The notes below the pieces were generated by a model that saw only the letters and a list, made by a program, of their open reading frames with translations, was not told the origin of the DNA and made no database searches. The position numbers were made by a program, and so were the translations under genes. This document shows, piece after piece, positions 1 to 10,050 of a stretch of DNA of 64,000 bases (the first letter of the stretch is position 1; every line of letters begins with the position of its first letter). The stretch covers positions 160,237 to 224,236 of the forward strand of contig CAWJKT010000010.1 of assembly GCA_963843375.1 (NCBI GenBank). Direction: 5' to 3'. This DNA is from an uncultured Pseudomonadota bacterium. Lineage in GTDB: Bacteria; Oederibacteriota; Muellerivitia; Muellerivitales; Muellerivitaceae.

Positions 1-1
1 G

Positions 2-577
2 GCTCAAACCGTTGGGCTCCAACTTCCCGAAGACGCGGCCCAACTCTTGATCCAAAAAGTTGGGTCCGACATCGCTTATCTCAAAAGCGCCCTGGAGCAA
101 CTTTCCATTTACGCCCATCCGCAAAAATCCATTTCGCATCAATTGGTAATGGAGCTTCCTGTTCCCGGGATAGAATCCGGTATATTTCAATTTTTGGATG
201 CGGTTGGGCTGCGTCAAACCGAAAAAGCTCTCAAAGTGTTGAACCAGTTGGAAGACGGAGTGGACGCCGGAACCGTCATCATGCTTTATGGAAGGGTTCG
301 GGAACTGCTTTTAATCGCCCTGGGTCGGTCGAAAGGCTGGGACCAAACGAAGACAGCCGAGAATCTGGGTTTGCATCCCTTTCGACTTAAAAGTCTTTGG
401 GATCAAGCCGCCCAATTCTCCGTGGAAGATCTCAAAAACGCCTTAATGGATTTAACACATCTTCAAGCGGGGGTTGTCACAGGGCGATTGGGCAAAGCAG
501 TGGCCCCGGTTTATCTGGAATGTTGGGTTTTAAAGTGGGGAAAAAACCGGATGGCCCTGAAAGCGGCCACCCGGTGA
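2..577 (+). CDS. holA: DNA polymerase III delta subunit, 5' truncated by window edge
   Basis: Frame is open from base 2. C-terminal pattern LGLHPFRLKSLWDQAAQFS..DL..AL..L is typical of HolA, and the gene is convergent with rpsT (common holA/rpsT arrangement). Confidence 0.8.
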   Translation, partial: AQTVGLQLPEDAAQLLIQKVGSDIAYLKSALEQLSIYAHPQKSISHQLVMELPVPGIESGIFQFLDAVGLRQTEKALKVLNQLEDGVDAGTVIMLYGRVRELLLIALGRSKGWDQTKTAENLGLHPFRLKSLWDQAAQFSVEDLKNALMDLTHLQAGVVTGRLGKAVAPVYLECWVLKWGKNRMALKAATR

Positions 578-579
578 TT

Positions 580-840
580 TTACTTTTTGAACTTTTTGTG
601 GATAAAAGACGAAAGACGGGAAACTTTGCGGGAAGCGGTGTTTTTCTTAAGAATCCCGTGGGATTGGGCCTTATCCAGGACATGCATGGCTTCCTTCAGC
701 TTTTGGGCCGCTTCTTCAGCTGTTTTGGCGGCAAGAACGGCCTTCATGGCAGTGCGGAGTTTGTTCTTTTCAGCGGAATTACGCGCCGTACGCGTTTTAG
801 TGCGGCGGACGTCTTTGATCGACGACTTAATGATCGGCAT
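580..840 (-). CDS. rpsT: 30S ribosomal protein S20
   Basis: 86 aa; MPIIKSSIK..R....R..RN...K..LRTA.K and LDKA...GILKKNTASRKVSRL motifs. Confidence 0.97.
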   Translation of the reverse strand: MPIIKSSIKDVRRTKTRTARNSAEKNKLRTAMKAVLAAKTAEEAAQKLKEAMHVLDKAQSHGILKKNTASRKVSRLSSFIHKKFKK

Positions 841-907
841 GGATCCTCCAAAAAATTAATCAGCGGCTTCCTAAAATGGAGGCATATCGTAAACGAAGGG
901 GGAGACA

Positions 908-2545
908 GTGTCAATCACGGTTCCATCACCCCAGTCTGAGCCGAGCCAAAATGACGCGAAGACCCGTTTGGGCGGGCATTTTCGACTGGTCACAACCGCC
1001 ACGTCCATCAGCCGTATCGCGGGATATTTGCGAGATACCTTGAACGCGAATCTTTTTGGCGCGGGTCTGGTTTCCGACGCCTACTTTATGGCGGTACGAA
1101 TACCCAGCCTGCTTAGGGACCTATTTGCGGAAGGTGCTCTTTCGAACGCTTTCGTTCCCGCCCTGACGGCCCGGTTAGAGAAGGAAGACCACCAAGACGC
1201 TTGGGAATTGATGTCTCAAGTTTTTTCACTTTTATTCCTCGTAACGGGTTTGTTGACGGCCTTGGGTATTCTTTTGGCCCCTCAAGTGGTGGGAGTAATC
1301 GCCCATGGTTATGTGAAAGATGTCGACAAGTTTCAGCTGACCATTCAGTTGACCCGCATCTTATTTCCGGTCTTGATGTTTGTTTCTTTTGCCGCTCTTT
1401 GGATGGGAGCCCTCAATTCCATGCACCGCTTTGCGACACCGGCGTTCGCTCCCGTGTTCATGAACTTGACGCAAATAGCCATGGGAATTGCGCTTTTGAA
1501 GTTTTGGAAAAGCAACAACCCGCAAGAGGAAATCCGGAACATACAATTATGGGCCTGTTCCATGACCCTTGGGATGTTTTTTCAGTGGATTTCGCAACTT
1601 CCAGAGGCTTGGAAGGCTGGAATCAAGGTCGTTTGGTCCTGGCCTCCCCGACATCCCGGAATCGGGGAAATGATGAACCTCATGGGACCCGCCATCGTCA
1701 GCCAGTCAGTCCTGCAAGTCAACTTACTGGTTAACCAGTTCTTTGCCTCCTTCCTCACTACCGGCTACGTCAGTTATCTTTATTATGGAAACCGGCTTTT
1801 CCAACTACCCTTTGGAATTTTGGGAGTTTCCATCGCCACCGTGACCTTTCCGCTTTTGGCCCGCCAATCCAACACCGGAAAGATGGAAGAATTTTCACAA
1901 ACCTTAAGCCGGGCGTTATCTGCGGGGTTATTTCTGATGATCCCTTGCACCGTGGGAATTTGGATCGTGGCCAAACCGGCATGCCGGCTGGCCTTTGAAT
2001 ATGGCCGCTTCACTCCTGAGGCGACGCAAATGGCCGCCGAGGCAACGGCTCTATATGCTCTTGGCTTGGTGGGATATACCGGCGTCAAGATACTTTTACC
2101 CGCTTACTACGCCCGTCGCAATGCCCGTAAACCCCTTGCTACATCCTTGGCGGCGATAACGGCCAATGCCGGATTAAACCTTTTGGCATTTTTAACCGTG
2201 AATGATTCCCACATCCGTTTTTGGGGATTGGCGCTGGCTTCCGTCCTGGGTTCCTTAATCAACTTAATTCTTCTTCTATGGGGAATTGAAAAAATCAACA
2301 TCCATCTGGATTGGAAATTTTTGAGGTTGGAAGCGCTAAAGATCTTATTGGCCTCCACGCTGATGGGCCTCGTCACTTGGGTCACACTTCAAGAAATCAC
2401 AAAAATTCATTTACCCGGTAGCCGGCTTTTTGATTTTCTAATTCCGGTAATGCTTGGGGGAATAGTATATTTCGGTTTGGCAAAAACGCTGAGACTTAAT
2501 GGGTTGGAGTGGGTTTTGGGACGGGCCAAGGGCAAGGTCGCGTGA
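908..2545 (+). CDS. murJ: Lipid II flippase MurJ (MviN)
   Basis: SRIAGYLRD, FGAG..SDAY..A.RIP.LLR.LFAEGALS.AFVP and LYYGNRLFQLP.GI.G motifs; GTG start after GGAG. Confidence 0.96.
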   Translation: MSITVPSPQSEPSQNDAKTRLGGHFRLVTTATSISRIAGYLRDTLNANLFGAGLVSDAYFMAVRIPSLLRDLFAEGALSNAFVPALTARLEKEDHQDAWELMSQVFSLLFLVTGLLTALGILLAPQVVGVIAHGYVKDVDKFQLTIQLTRILFPVLMFVSFAALWMGALNSMHRFATPAFAPVFMNLTQIAMGIALLKFWKSNNPQEEIRNIQLWACSMTLGMFFQWISQLPEAWKAGIKVVWSWPPRHPGIGEMMNLMGPAIVSQSVLQVNLLVNQFFASFLTTGYVSYLYYGNRLFQLPFGILGVSIATVTFPLLARQSNTGKMEEFSQTLSRALSAGLFLMIPCTVGIWIVAKPACRLAFEYGRFTPEATQMAAEATALYALGLVGYTGVKILLPAYYARRNARKPLATSLAAITANAGLNLLAFLTVNDSHIRFWGLALASVLGSLINLILLLWGIEKINIHLDWKFLRLEALKILLASTLMGLVTWVTLQEITKIHLPGSRLFDFLIPVMLGGIVYFGLAKTLRLNGLEWVLGRAKGKVA

Positions 2546-3096
2546 AAAGTCGAAGTTGGTTTTTGAGTGCAAAGTGGGGATTTTTCCGAACAACCGGTGG
2601 ATGGTGCGCGGCCGCTTGGACCCGCAAGGGACTTTCGGTTTTGGTATTACCACAAAAAAGCAGGGCCCAAGCCTTAAAAAGGATTCATGAATATTTGCCC
2701 CCGGTTCCCGAAAACTTCTGGATTACCCCGCCTGCGAAGGTTCCTCAAAAATTTCAACGCCAAACCCGGGCCGCCTTAAAGGGCAACCCCTTTCGCATGA
2801 CCGATTTTGACCTTTCTTTCCTCACCTCATTTCAACAAAGGGTTTTGGTCGCTACCTGTCAAATTCCATGGGGACAGTTCCGGACTTATGGCTGGGTCGC
2901 AAGAAAAGCAGGGTCTCCCCGAGGCTTTCGTGCTGCGGGTCAGGCCTTAAACCGTAACCCCATTCCCATCTTCATTCCCTGTCATAGAGTTATCGCGGCG
3001 GATAATCAAATCGGTGGTTATGGAGGAGGCCTCAAATGGAAGAGAAAACTCTTGAAAAATGAAGGCGTAACGGTAAATCAAAGCCTCGTATGGTAG
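2542..3096 (+). CDS. ogt: Methylated-DNA-protein-cysteine S-methyltransferase
   Basis: TYG.VA, RAAGQAL..NPIPIFIPCHRV active-site motif, GGYGGG. Likely GTG start at 2542 overlaps the murJ stop (GTGA). Confidence 0.93.
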   Translation: MKSRSWFLSAKWGFFRTTGGWCAAAWTRKGLSVLVLPQKSRAQALKRIHEYLPPVPENFWITPPAKVPQKFQRQTRAALKGNPFRMTDFDLSFLTSFQQRVLVATCQIPWGQFRTYGWVARKAGSPRGFRAAGQALNRNPIPIFIPCHRVIAADNQIGGYGGGLKWKRKLLKNEGVTVNQSLVW

Positions 3097-3153
3097 TTAC
3101 AGAGCCGAAAAGCTTTGATAAAATACCAACCTACGACTTTTCTAGGGGGCCTG

Positions 3154-4962
3154 ATGCTTCAGGGGAACATTGATAAATACAAGCTCCTCGAGATCAAGGG
3201 AAGCGGCACTTTTGGAACGGTTTGGTTGGCCGAGGATACCTGGATCGGGAAAAAAGTAGCAATTAAAATCCCCCACAATCAAAAAGAAGAATTCACCACC
3301 CTCATTGCGGAACCCAAGCTTTTGGCTTCCCTGGACCACCCCAATATTGTCCAAATCCTAACCGTGGACAAAGCCGAAAACATCTTTTTCATGGTCATGG
3401 AGTATGTTGACGGGAAAAACCTGGCCCAATTGATCCAGGAAACACCTCTCACCTACAAAGAAGCTGTTGATATTGTCATTCAAATTCTAACAGCTCTCCA
3501 ATATGCCCATGAGAAAAACGTCATCCATCGCGATCTGAAACCCGGTAACATCCTCCTCACTTCCGATCGAAAAGCGAAGATTACCGATTTCGGGACCGCC
3601 TTCATTCAAGCGGGAAAAACCGGTGCGGGAATCGGCGGAACCCTTTATTACATGGCTAAGGAACAAGTCCTGGGCCACCCGGCAAAAGCCTCGGACGTCT
3701 ATTCGGTGGGAGTCATTCTTTATGAGATGGTGACCGGGAAACTTCCCTTTTATGACGAAGTTCCGATGGTGGTCCTGAACAAAATATTGAAAGATGACGT
3801 ACCCGAACCCCACAAAATGAATCCCAGCATACCCAAAGAACTAGAAGCGGTTATCATGAAGGCACTGCAAAAAGAGGTCTCGAAACGATATCAATCCGCT
3901 TTTGAAATGAAACAAGACTTGGAAAAACTTCCACCTGGAATTCTCACAGCCCCAATCGGAATCGGAAGCAAAACCCAAGACGTCCTCACTCACACCATTA
4001 TTCAAGAGGCCGATAAAAAACAAGCCATCAAAGAAGTGGGGGACATCAACACCCTTAGGTATCAGGGCTACCATTACAAGTTGGTCCGAACAATCGGGAC
4101 TCGGGGTAAAGAAGAAGGAAATTTTATTTCCCCGGTGGGGGTGGCCGTCGATTCCCAAAAGAGAATTTATGTTTGCGACTCCATGAAATGCTGCGTCCAG
4201 GTTTTTGATTTTGAGGGAAAAATCCTTTACTCAGTCGGAAAATTCGGGAAAGAAGTGAGTGACCCTAAAGAGGTTTCCTTTCTCATGCCCGCTTCAGTTG
4301 CGGTGGACCAAGGAGGAAATTTAGTCGCCTTGGATGCCAAGACCTGCAACGTCCAGATTATTGGGAAAATGGGCCAGCTTCTGGCGAAATTCGGGGAACC
4401 TGCTTCTCCAACCACGGGAAAAATAGAAATCGGAACGGGGGGCTTTTTCCATCCCCAAGCACTGGCGTTAGACGATAAGGATAATATTTATGTTTCCGAC
4501 ACGGGAAACCATCGTATCCGGGTTTTTAATCCCGCGGGAAAGGTTTTGAATAAATTCGGTATTCAGGGGGCCCGTTTGGGCGAATTTAATTGTCCCGCCG
4601 GATTGACGTTGGATAACGCTCAAAATTTGCTGGTAGTGGATGAAAAAAACTACCGCGTTCAAATTTTCACCACAAAAGGTGTATTTAAAAACAAATTCGG
4701 GAAGAGGGGAACGGGCCGGGGAGAGTTTTCCGCTCCTATCGGCGTTGCCACCGATTCCAAACGAAATATTTTCGTGACAGACCGGGATATGAGGATTCAA
4801 GTTTTCGATCCCGAAGGGTATTATTTAACTGAATTTGGGACGCCCCAGGGCAATTACAAAATAGCGCCCAAGTATTATGGCCTGACCATCGACGCCGAAA
4901 ACAATCTCTATGTTACGGATATCGCCAATTGTTCCGTTTTAGTTTATGCTTTGAAGAAATGA
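3154..4962 (+). CDS. Hanks-type Ser/Thr protein kinase fused to an NHL-repeat beta-propeller
   Basis: GSGTFGTV, VAIK, HRDLKPGN, DFG. C-terminal half has about six F..P.G.A.D..GN.YV.D..N.RIQVF repeats. No TM segment seen. ATG 3154 follows AGGGGG. Confidence 0.93.
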   Translation: MLQGNIDKYKLLEIKGSGTFGTVWLAEDTWIGKKVAIKIPHNQKEEFTTLIAEPKLLASLDHPNIVQILTVDKAENIFFMVMEYVDGKNLAQLIQETPLTYKEAVDIVIQILTALQYAHEKNVIHRDLKPGNILLTSDRKAKITDFGTAFIQAGKTGAGIGGTLYYMAKEQVLGHPAKASDVYSVGVILYEMVTGKLPFYDEVPMVVLNKILKDDVPEPHKMNPSIPKELEAVIMKALQKEVSKRYQSAFEMKQDLEKLPPGILTAPIGIGSKTQDVLTHTIIQEADKKQAIKEVGDINTLRYQGYHYKLVRTIGTRGKEEGNFISPVGVAVDSQKRIYVCDSMKCCVQVFDFEGKILYSVGKFGKEVSDPKEVSFLMPASVAVDQGGNLVALDAKTCNVQIIGKMGQLLAKFGEPASPTTGKIEIGTGGFFHPQALALDDKDNIYVSDTGNHRIRVFNPAGKVLNKFGIQGARLGEFNCPAGLTLDNAQNLLVVDEKNYRVQIFTTKGVFKNKFGKRGTGRGEFSAPIGVATDSKRNIFVTDRDMRIQVFDPEGYYLTEFGTPQGNYKIAPKYYGLTIDAENNLYVTDIANCSVLVYALKK

Positions 4963-4969
4963 GATTCCG

Positions 4970-6541
4970 ATGACCACATCCACCACTCCCGAGCCAGCCA
5001 TTCCCGGAAGAATTGTTCTTACGCCGCCAAAATCGGGTGGAAAACCACAAATTATCATTACGGTTCTGGCCGGTCCCGAACAAGGGCATGTTTTCAAAAT
5101 CGCTCGGCCTACAACGACGATGGGTCGTTCCAACACCTGTGAGGTGGTCATTACCGACCCTTTGGTTTCCCGCCAACATTGTCAAATTTTATTGGGAATG
5201 GGAGGGATAACCCTTAAAGATTTGGGCAGTACAAACGGCACTTTCCTGAATGGCGTAAAAGTTAACGAAAGTCCCTTACGAAACCAGGATGTTATTTCCG
5301 TCGGAGGTACGAGGTTACGCTTCGCGGTTGAGGTAACCAAAGATGAGACGGATTCGAAGACGCCCAAAATCGATGAGTTAGCCCATAAAAAACTTTTAAC
5401 GCTTTACGAAGTCGGAAATATCGTCAATTCGGTACTAGAACTAAAAACCCTTTTAAACATCATCATGGCCATGGCTATCAAGGTCATGCAGGCCAACCGC
5501 GGATTCCTGCTTTTAAGGGAAAAAACCGGAGAACTGAAACCTGTAGCCACTCATGCTTTGACGCCAGCGGAGGCGCAGGCACCTTATAGCCAAACCATCG
5601 TGGACACGGTCTTAAAAGAAAGGGTTCCAGTGCTGGTTCTGGACGCCGTTCATGATGTCCGTTTCGCCAACAGGGACAGCCTCAAGGCTCTGCCGCTTTC
5701 TTCGGTCATTTGCGTGCCCATTTGGGAAAGAGAAAATATCGTCGGGGTTATCTACGTCGACAAGGCGGAAGGAACCACCACCTTCAACGAAGAGGATATG
5801 TACTTCCTTTCGGCCTTCGCCAACCAAGCGGCGGTGGCCATAGCCAACGCCAAGCTCTTTGACGACGTGAGAAGGGAAGAGCGCCTTCGGACATCACTCC
5901 AGCGGTATCTTTCACCCAACATTGTGGACGACATGGTTCAAAATAACGATATTGCCAGTTCCCTGGGCGGCGCCAAGAAAAAAATTTCCGTCTTATTCTG
6001 CGATATTCGGGGATTCACGACCTTGACTGAAAAAGAACCTGTGGAAACGATCGTTAGTCTTTTAAATGAATATTTCAGTGCGATGTCGGACGTGATTTTT
6101 GCTAACCACGGCACCTTGGATAAGTTCATCGGCGATGCCATCATGGCCATTTATGGAGCGCCTTTGGAATTGGCAGATGGTGCTTATAAATGTGTAAAAA
6201 CAGCCATTGAAATGAGAGCCAAGTTGGCCCTCTTAAATGAAAAGTGGAAGACCGAAAAGAAACCTCAAATTCAAGTCGGGTACGGTATCAACACGGGGGA
6301 AGCCATCGTGGGCAACATCGGTAGCGAACGACGAATGGAATATACCGCTATCGGCGACATGGTTAATGTCGCGGCTCGGGTAGAAGGGGAAACAGAGGGA
6401 AACCAAATATTTGTAACCGAAGAAACCTTTCAGGAATTGGGAAATCGCGTGCAAGTTAAAAAGCTTAACGCCGCCAAGCTCAAAGGTAAAACTTCCAAGG
6501 TCCAAATTTACGAAGTTACAGCATTAAATCCTGTTCCTTAA
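4970..6541 (+). CDS. FHA-GAF-class III adenylate cyclase
   Basis: FHA (GRS...VSRQH...DLGSTNGT), GAF (SVICVPI...GVIYVD...FNEED...LSAFANQAAVAI), cyclase (FCDIRGFT, DKFIGDAIMA, YTAIGD.VN.AAR). Confidence 0.94.
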   Translation: MTTSTTPEPAIPGRIVLTPPKSGGKPQIIITVLAGPEQGHVFKIARPTTTMGRSNTCEVVITDPLVSRQHCQILLGMGGITLKDLGSTNGTFLNGVKVNESPLRNQDVISVGGTRLRFAVEVTKDETDSKTPKIDELAHKKLLTLYEVGNIVNSVLELKTLLNIIMAMAIKVMQANRGFLLLREKTGELKPVATHALTPAEAQAPYSQTIVDTVLKERVPVLVLDAVHDVRFANRDSLKALPLSSVICVPIWERENIVGVIYVDKAEGTTTFNEEDMYFLSAFANQAAVAIANAKLFDDVRREERLRTSLQRYLSPNIVDDMVQNNDIASSLGGAKKKISVLFCDIRGFTTLTEKEPVETIVSLLNEYFSAMSDVIFANHGTLDKFIGDAIMAIYGAPLELADGAYKCVKTAIEMRAKLALLNEKWKTEKKPQIQVGYGINTGEAIVGNIGSERRMEYTAIGDMVNVAARVEGETEGNQIFVTEETFQELGNRVQVKKLNAAKLKGKTSKVQIYEVTALNPVP

Positions 6542-6631
6542 TCTTTTTCATTAATCCTCCTAAGACCTTTAAAACAACCGTACTTTTGACTAAATTGAGC
6601 TTGCGCTATCCCGATTTGACCACTGGAATCC

Positions 6632-8476
6632 ATGTCCAAAATAAAAACCCTCCCTGAAAAAGTCATCAACCAGATCGCTGCGGGCGAAGTGGTGGAAAGG
6701 CCTTCTTCCGTCATTAAAGAGCTCATGGAAAACGCCTTGGATGCCAAAGCCACATGGATCGAAGTGGAAATTAAGGAAGGTGGCCTCAAGCTCCTTAAAG
6801 TAACTGACAACGGAGAAGGAATGACCCCGGAAGATGCATTACTATCCATTCAAAAACACGCCACCAGTAAAATTTTCTCGGTTGATGACCTTTCGAACCT
6901 TAATACATTCGGCTTTCGTGGGGAGGCCCTGGCCAGTATCGCTTCGGTATCTCATTTTGAGTTATCCACCCAAACCAAAGACTCGCTTTCAGGTATTTCG
7001 GTCAAGATCATGGGTGGAGGTGCTCCCAAGAGCTTCGAAACAAGCCGCCCGGTTGGGACGACCATCACGATTGCCAATCTTTTCTTCAATACACCCGCCC
7101 GGTTAAAATTCATGAAAAAACAATCCACCGAGGAACACCATATTCACACGGTGGTAACAACTTATGCATTAGCCTTTCCGCAGGTCGGCTTTAAATTAAC
7201 GATTGATGGCAAGGAATCGCTCCAAGTTACTCCCTCTGATTTTCCCGCCCGTCTTTCCAAGATTTTCGGCAAAGAATTAGCTTCCTCATTTCTCCCGTTG
7301 GATTTCCAGGGGTCAGGTCTCAAAATCCATGGAGTAGTCAGCGCGCCCACCGTGACCAAGCCAACCCGCGAAAACATGCTTTATTTCGTCAATCAACGTT
7401 GGATTTCCAATATCTCCCTGGGCCACGCGCTCATGACGGCTTTTCATTCACTTCTTCCCACCCGCCGGTTTCCAGTAGCTGTACTTTTCCTGGAAGTGGC
7501 GAAAGATCAGGTGGATGTAAATGTCCACCCCACCAAAAAAGAAATAAAATTCGCAAAAGATCGGGAAATATACGACGCGGTGGTCCGTTGCGTTCGCAAC
7601 GCTTTACTTTCCGCCCCAGGATCATTGCAACCAAGCGGTTCAAATCCATTACCAAGTCCTTCTTTTGCCCCAAGCCATTCGAGATATCCTCACAATCCCT
7701 CCCAACCCTTTGTTTTGCCCGAAGGCACCCCAGTCTTGTCTTCCGGTCCTCCGGCCGAAACTCTCCTTGACCGAATTGCCCAAAAAATCCTTCCCGAAGG
7801 AGGCAGGCAAAGGGAAGAACATGTATCCTTTGATTCACTCGGCTTTGAAAAAACCACCTTACAAGCCCGAAGGATCGATTCACATACCCCGCTTTACAAT
7901 TTCAGCCAGCTCTTTAATACCTTTATTGTTTTCCAATCCGACCAAGAAATGTTTATTGCGGACCAGCACACCGTACACGAGAGGCTTAATTACGAAAGGT
8001 TGATGAAAGCCGTTCGGGAAAGGAAACTGGAAATCCAACCTCTCTTAGTCCCCGTCACGGTTGAATTGAGCGCCAAGGAAGCCCAAGTTCTCAAAAACAA
8101 TCAAGAAATCCTGATGGAACTTGGGATGGAAGTTACGCCTTTCGGCGGAAATACTTTTTTGGTCCGTAGCGTTCCCGCTGACCTGGCGGGAAAGAACTTG
8201 GTGACCATTGTGAAAGATTTGATTGATGACTTGGCTTCCCAGGACGCTTCCGGAATCAAATCAGCTAACCGCCTAGATCAAGCCAGGGAAAGAACCGCCA
8301 CCTTCATGTCTTGCCGTAGCGCCGTTATGGCGGGGGATCGCTTGAACGAAGACCAAATGAAAAGACTTATCGATCAGATGCGCGAGGCCAACCTCCCATT
8401 TACATGCCCTCATGGAAGACCCACGATTCTTTCGATTCCTCTTTCCGACCTTTACCGGCGTTTTGATAGACACTAG
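6632..8476 (+). CDS. mutL: DNA mismatch repair protein MutL
   Basis: NQIAAGEVVERP, GFRGEALASI, VDVNVHPTK, DQH..HER..YE endonuclease motif, CPHGRP. Confidence 0.98.
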   Translation: MSKIKTLPEKVINQIAAGEVVERPSSVIKELMENALDAKATWIEVEIKEGGLKLLKVTDNGEGMTPEDALLSIQKHATSKIFSVDDLSNLNTFGFRGEALASIASVSHFELSTQTKDSLSGISVKIMGGGAPKSFETSRPVGTTITIANLFFNTPARLKFMKKQSTEEHHIHTVVTTYALAFPQVGFKLTIDGKESLQVTPSDFPARLSKIFGKELASSFLPLDFQGSGLKIHGVVSAPTVTKPTRENMLYFVNQRWISNISLGHALMTAFHSLLPTRRFPVAVLFLEVAKDQVDVNVHPTKKEIKFAKDREIYDAVVRCVRNALLSAPGSLQPSGSNPLPSPSFAPSHSRYPHNPSQPFVLPEGTPVLSSGPPAETLLDRIAQKILPEGGRQREEHVSFDSLGFEKTTLQARRIDSHTPLYNFSQLFNTFIVFQSDQEMFIADQHTVHERLNYERLMKAVRERKLEIQPLLVPVTVELSAKEAQVLKNNQEILMELGMEVTPFGGNTFLVRSVPADLAGKNLVTIVKDLIDDLASQDASGIKSANRLDQARERTATFMSCRSAVMAGDRLNEDQMKRLIDQMREANLPFTCPHGRPTILSIPLSDLYRRFDRH

Positions 8477-8529
8477 GAAATTTTATAACTTAAATGTTAT
8501 GTTTTAAATTCAAAGGCGACAATCCACCC

Positions 8530-9468
8530 ATGTCCGATAACTCAAACCTTATTACCTTAAAACTAAAAATGCCTATTCTGGTCGGTCCCACCGGGGTGGG
8601 TAAATCCGAGATTGCTTTTCTTTTAGCGAAACGGTTGAAAGCCGAAATCATTTCAGCGGACGCCTTTCAAGTCTATCGGGGCTTAGAAGTGGGAACAGCC
8701 CAACCCTTAAAAGAATGGCAAAAAGAAATCCCTCATCATTTAATCGGAACTAGGGATCCCGGGGAAAATTGGAACGCCGTGGAGTTTGCCCGGGAGGCAA
8801 AAAAAATAATAGATCACCACTTGAACCTGGGAAAGTCTTTAATATTGGTGGGGGGAGCTGGTTTTTACATTCGAGCCTTGGTGGAAGGGCCTCCCGGCGG
8901 AAATTCTCCCCGACCTGAACTCCGGTCCTTTGTCCAAGAAAAAGTAAAGGAATTGGGAAATGAAAAGGCCCTAGCGTGGCTTCGGGAAAAAGATTCTGCC
9001 GCCGGGGAACGTCTTCATGTAAATGATATTCAAAGGATTTGCAGGGCCTTGGAAAAAACCTTTGAAACAGATGTAACGAAAATGGATTACATACCTATCG
9101 GGGCAGAAAATGTTTTGTTTTTTGGTTTTGAAAAGTCCAGGGATAAACTGGATGAACTCCTGCGGATCCGGAGCGAATCTATGTGGCGGCGCGGTTTACT
9201 GAACGAGGCCAAAAAACTCATGGAATCGGGATTGCCTTCGGATCATCCTATTTGGGGAACAATTGGTTATTCCGAAGCCGTTTTGTTTTTGAAAAACCAG
9301 CTTTCAGAATCACAAGCCTTAGAAAATATCTTTAGGAGAACGCGCCGGTATGCCAAAAGACAATTGACTTGGTTCAAGCACCAACATAAAGTTCAGTGGT
9401 TGAATTTGGATGATTTTTCAGGGCCGTCCGACATCGTTGATATTTTGGAAAAAAAAATAAAAACTTAA
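8530..9468 (+). CDS. miaA: tRNA dimethylallyltransferase
   Basis: GPTGVGKS, EIISADAFQVYRGL, TRRYAKRQLTWF; classic mutL-miaA pair. Start could be 8530 or 8569. Confidence 0.96.
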   Translation: MSDNSNLITLKLKMPILVGPTGVGKSEIAFLLAKRLKAEIISADAFQVYRGLEVGTAQPLKEWQKEIPHHLIGTRDPGENWNAVEFAREAKKIIDHHLNLGKSLILVGGAGFYIRALVEGPPGGNSPRPELRSFVQEKVKELGNEKALAWLREKDSAAGERLHVNDIQRICRALEKTFETDVTKMDYIPIGAENVLFFGFEKSRDKLDELLRIRSESMWRRGLLNEAKKLMESGLPSDHPIWGTIGYSEAVLFLKNQLSESQALENIFRRTRRYAKRQLTWFKHQHKVQWLNLDDFSGPSDIVDILEKKIKT

Positions 9469-9481
9469 AAGTGAGCTTAAA

Positions 9482-9925
9482 TTGCAAACCATTCGAATAA
9501 GGGTCGCCGGAATCCTTCTCAAAAACGACAAAATACTCCTTGTGCGCCACGAAAAAAACGGAAAAAGCTATTGGCTTCTTCCCGGCGGAGGAATTGAATT
9601 TGGGGAGAGCGCCGAAGAAGCGCTCATCCGTGAATTCCAGGAAGAAGTTGGACTTGCCATCAAGATAGGCAAGCTGGTTTTGGTTCACGATTCCATTCCG
9701 CCAAACCGACACCGTCAGGTCTTAAATCTTTACTTCACCTCATCCTCGGAAATGTTCGATATCCACGTGACACCTGATTCGGTATTGCGGGACGCCGCTT
9801 TTTATCCACTCTCCGAGTTCCGCCAAATGATGGTGAATCCCGATGTTAAACAGGAAATTTTGGATGGCATTCAATCCGACTGGTCAGGCGGCTGCCGTTA
9901 TCTCGGGAATCGGTGGAAGGATTAA
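9482..9925 (+). CDS. NUDIX hydrolase
   Basis: Nudix box GGGIEFGESAEEALIREFQEEVG. Confidence 0.92.
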   Translation: MQTIRIRVAGILLKNDKILLVRHEKNGKSYWLLPGGGIEFGESAEEALIREFQEEVGLAIKIGKLVLVHDSIPPNRHRQVLNLYFTSSSEMFDIHVTPDSVLRDAAFYPLSEFRQMMVNPDVKQEILDGIQSDWSGGCRYLGNRWKD

Positions 9926-10050
9926 GGACTAAAGATTCCTGAGTTTTCTTGGGGGTTTGAACATTTCTTTATATACTATCCGGCGGACCAATGAGGGTTT
10001 CTTCCGGCAAGTGGCAAAGCCGGTATTTTTCCAGGATAGGGAGGCTCGCC

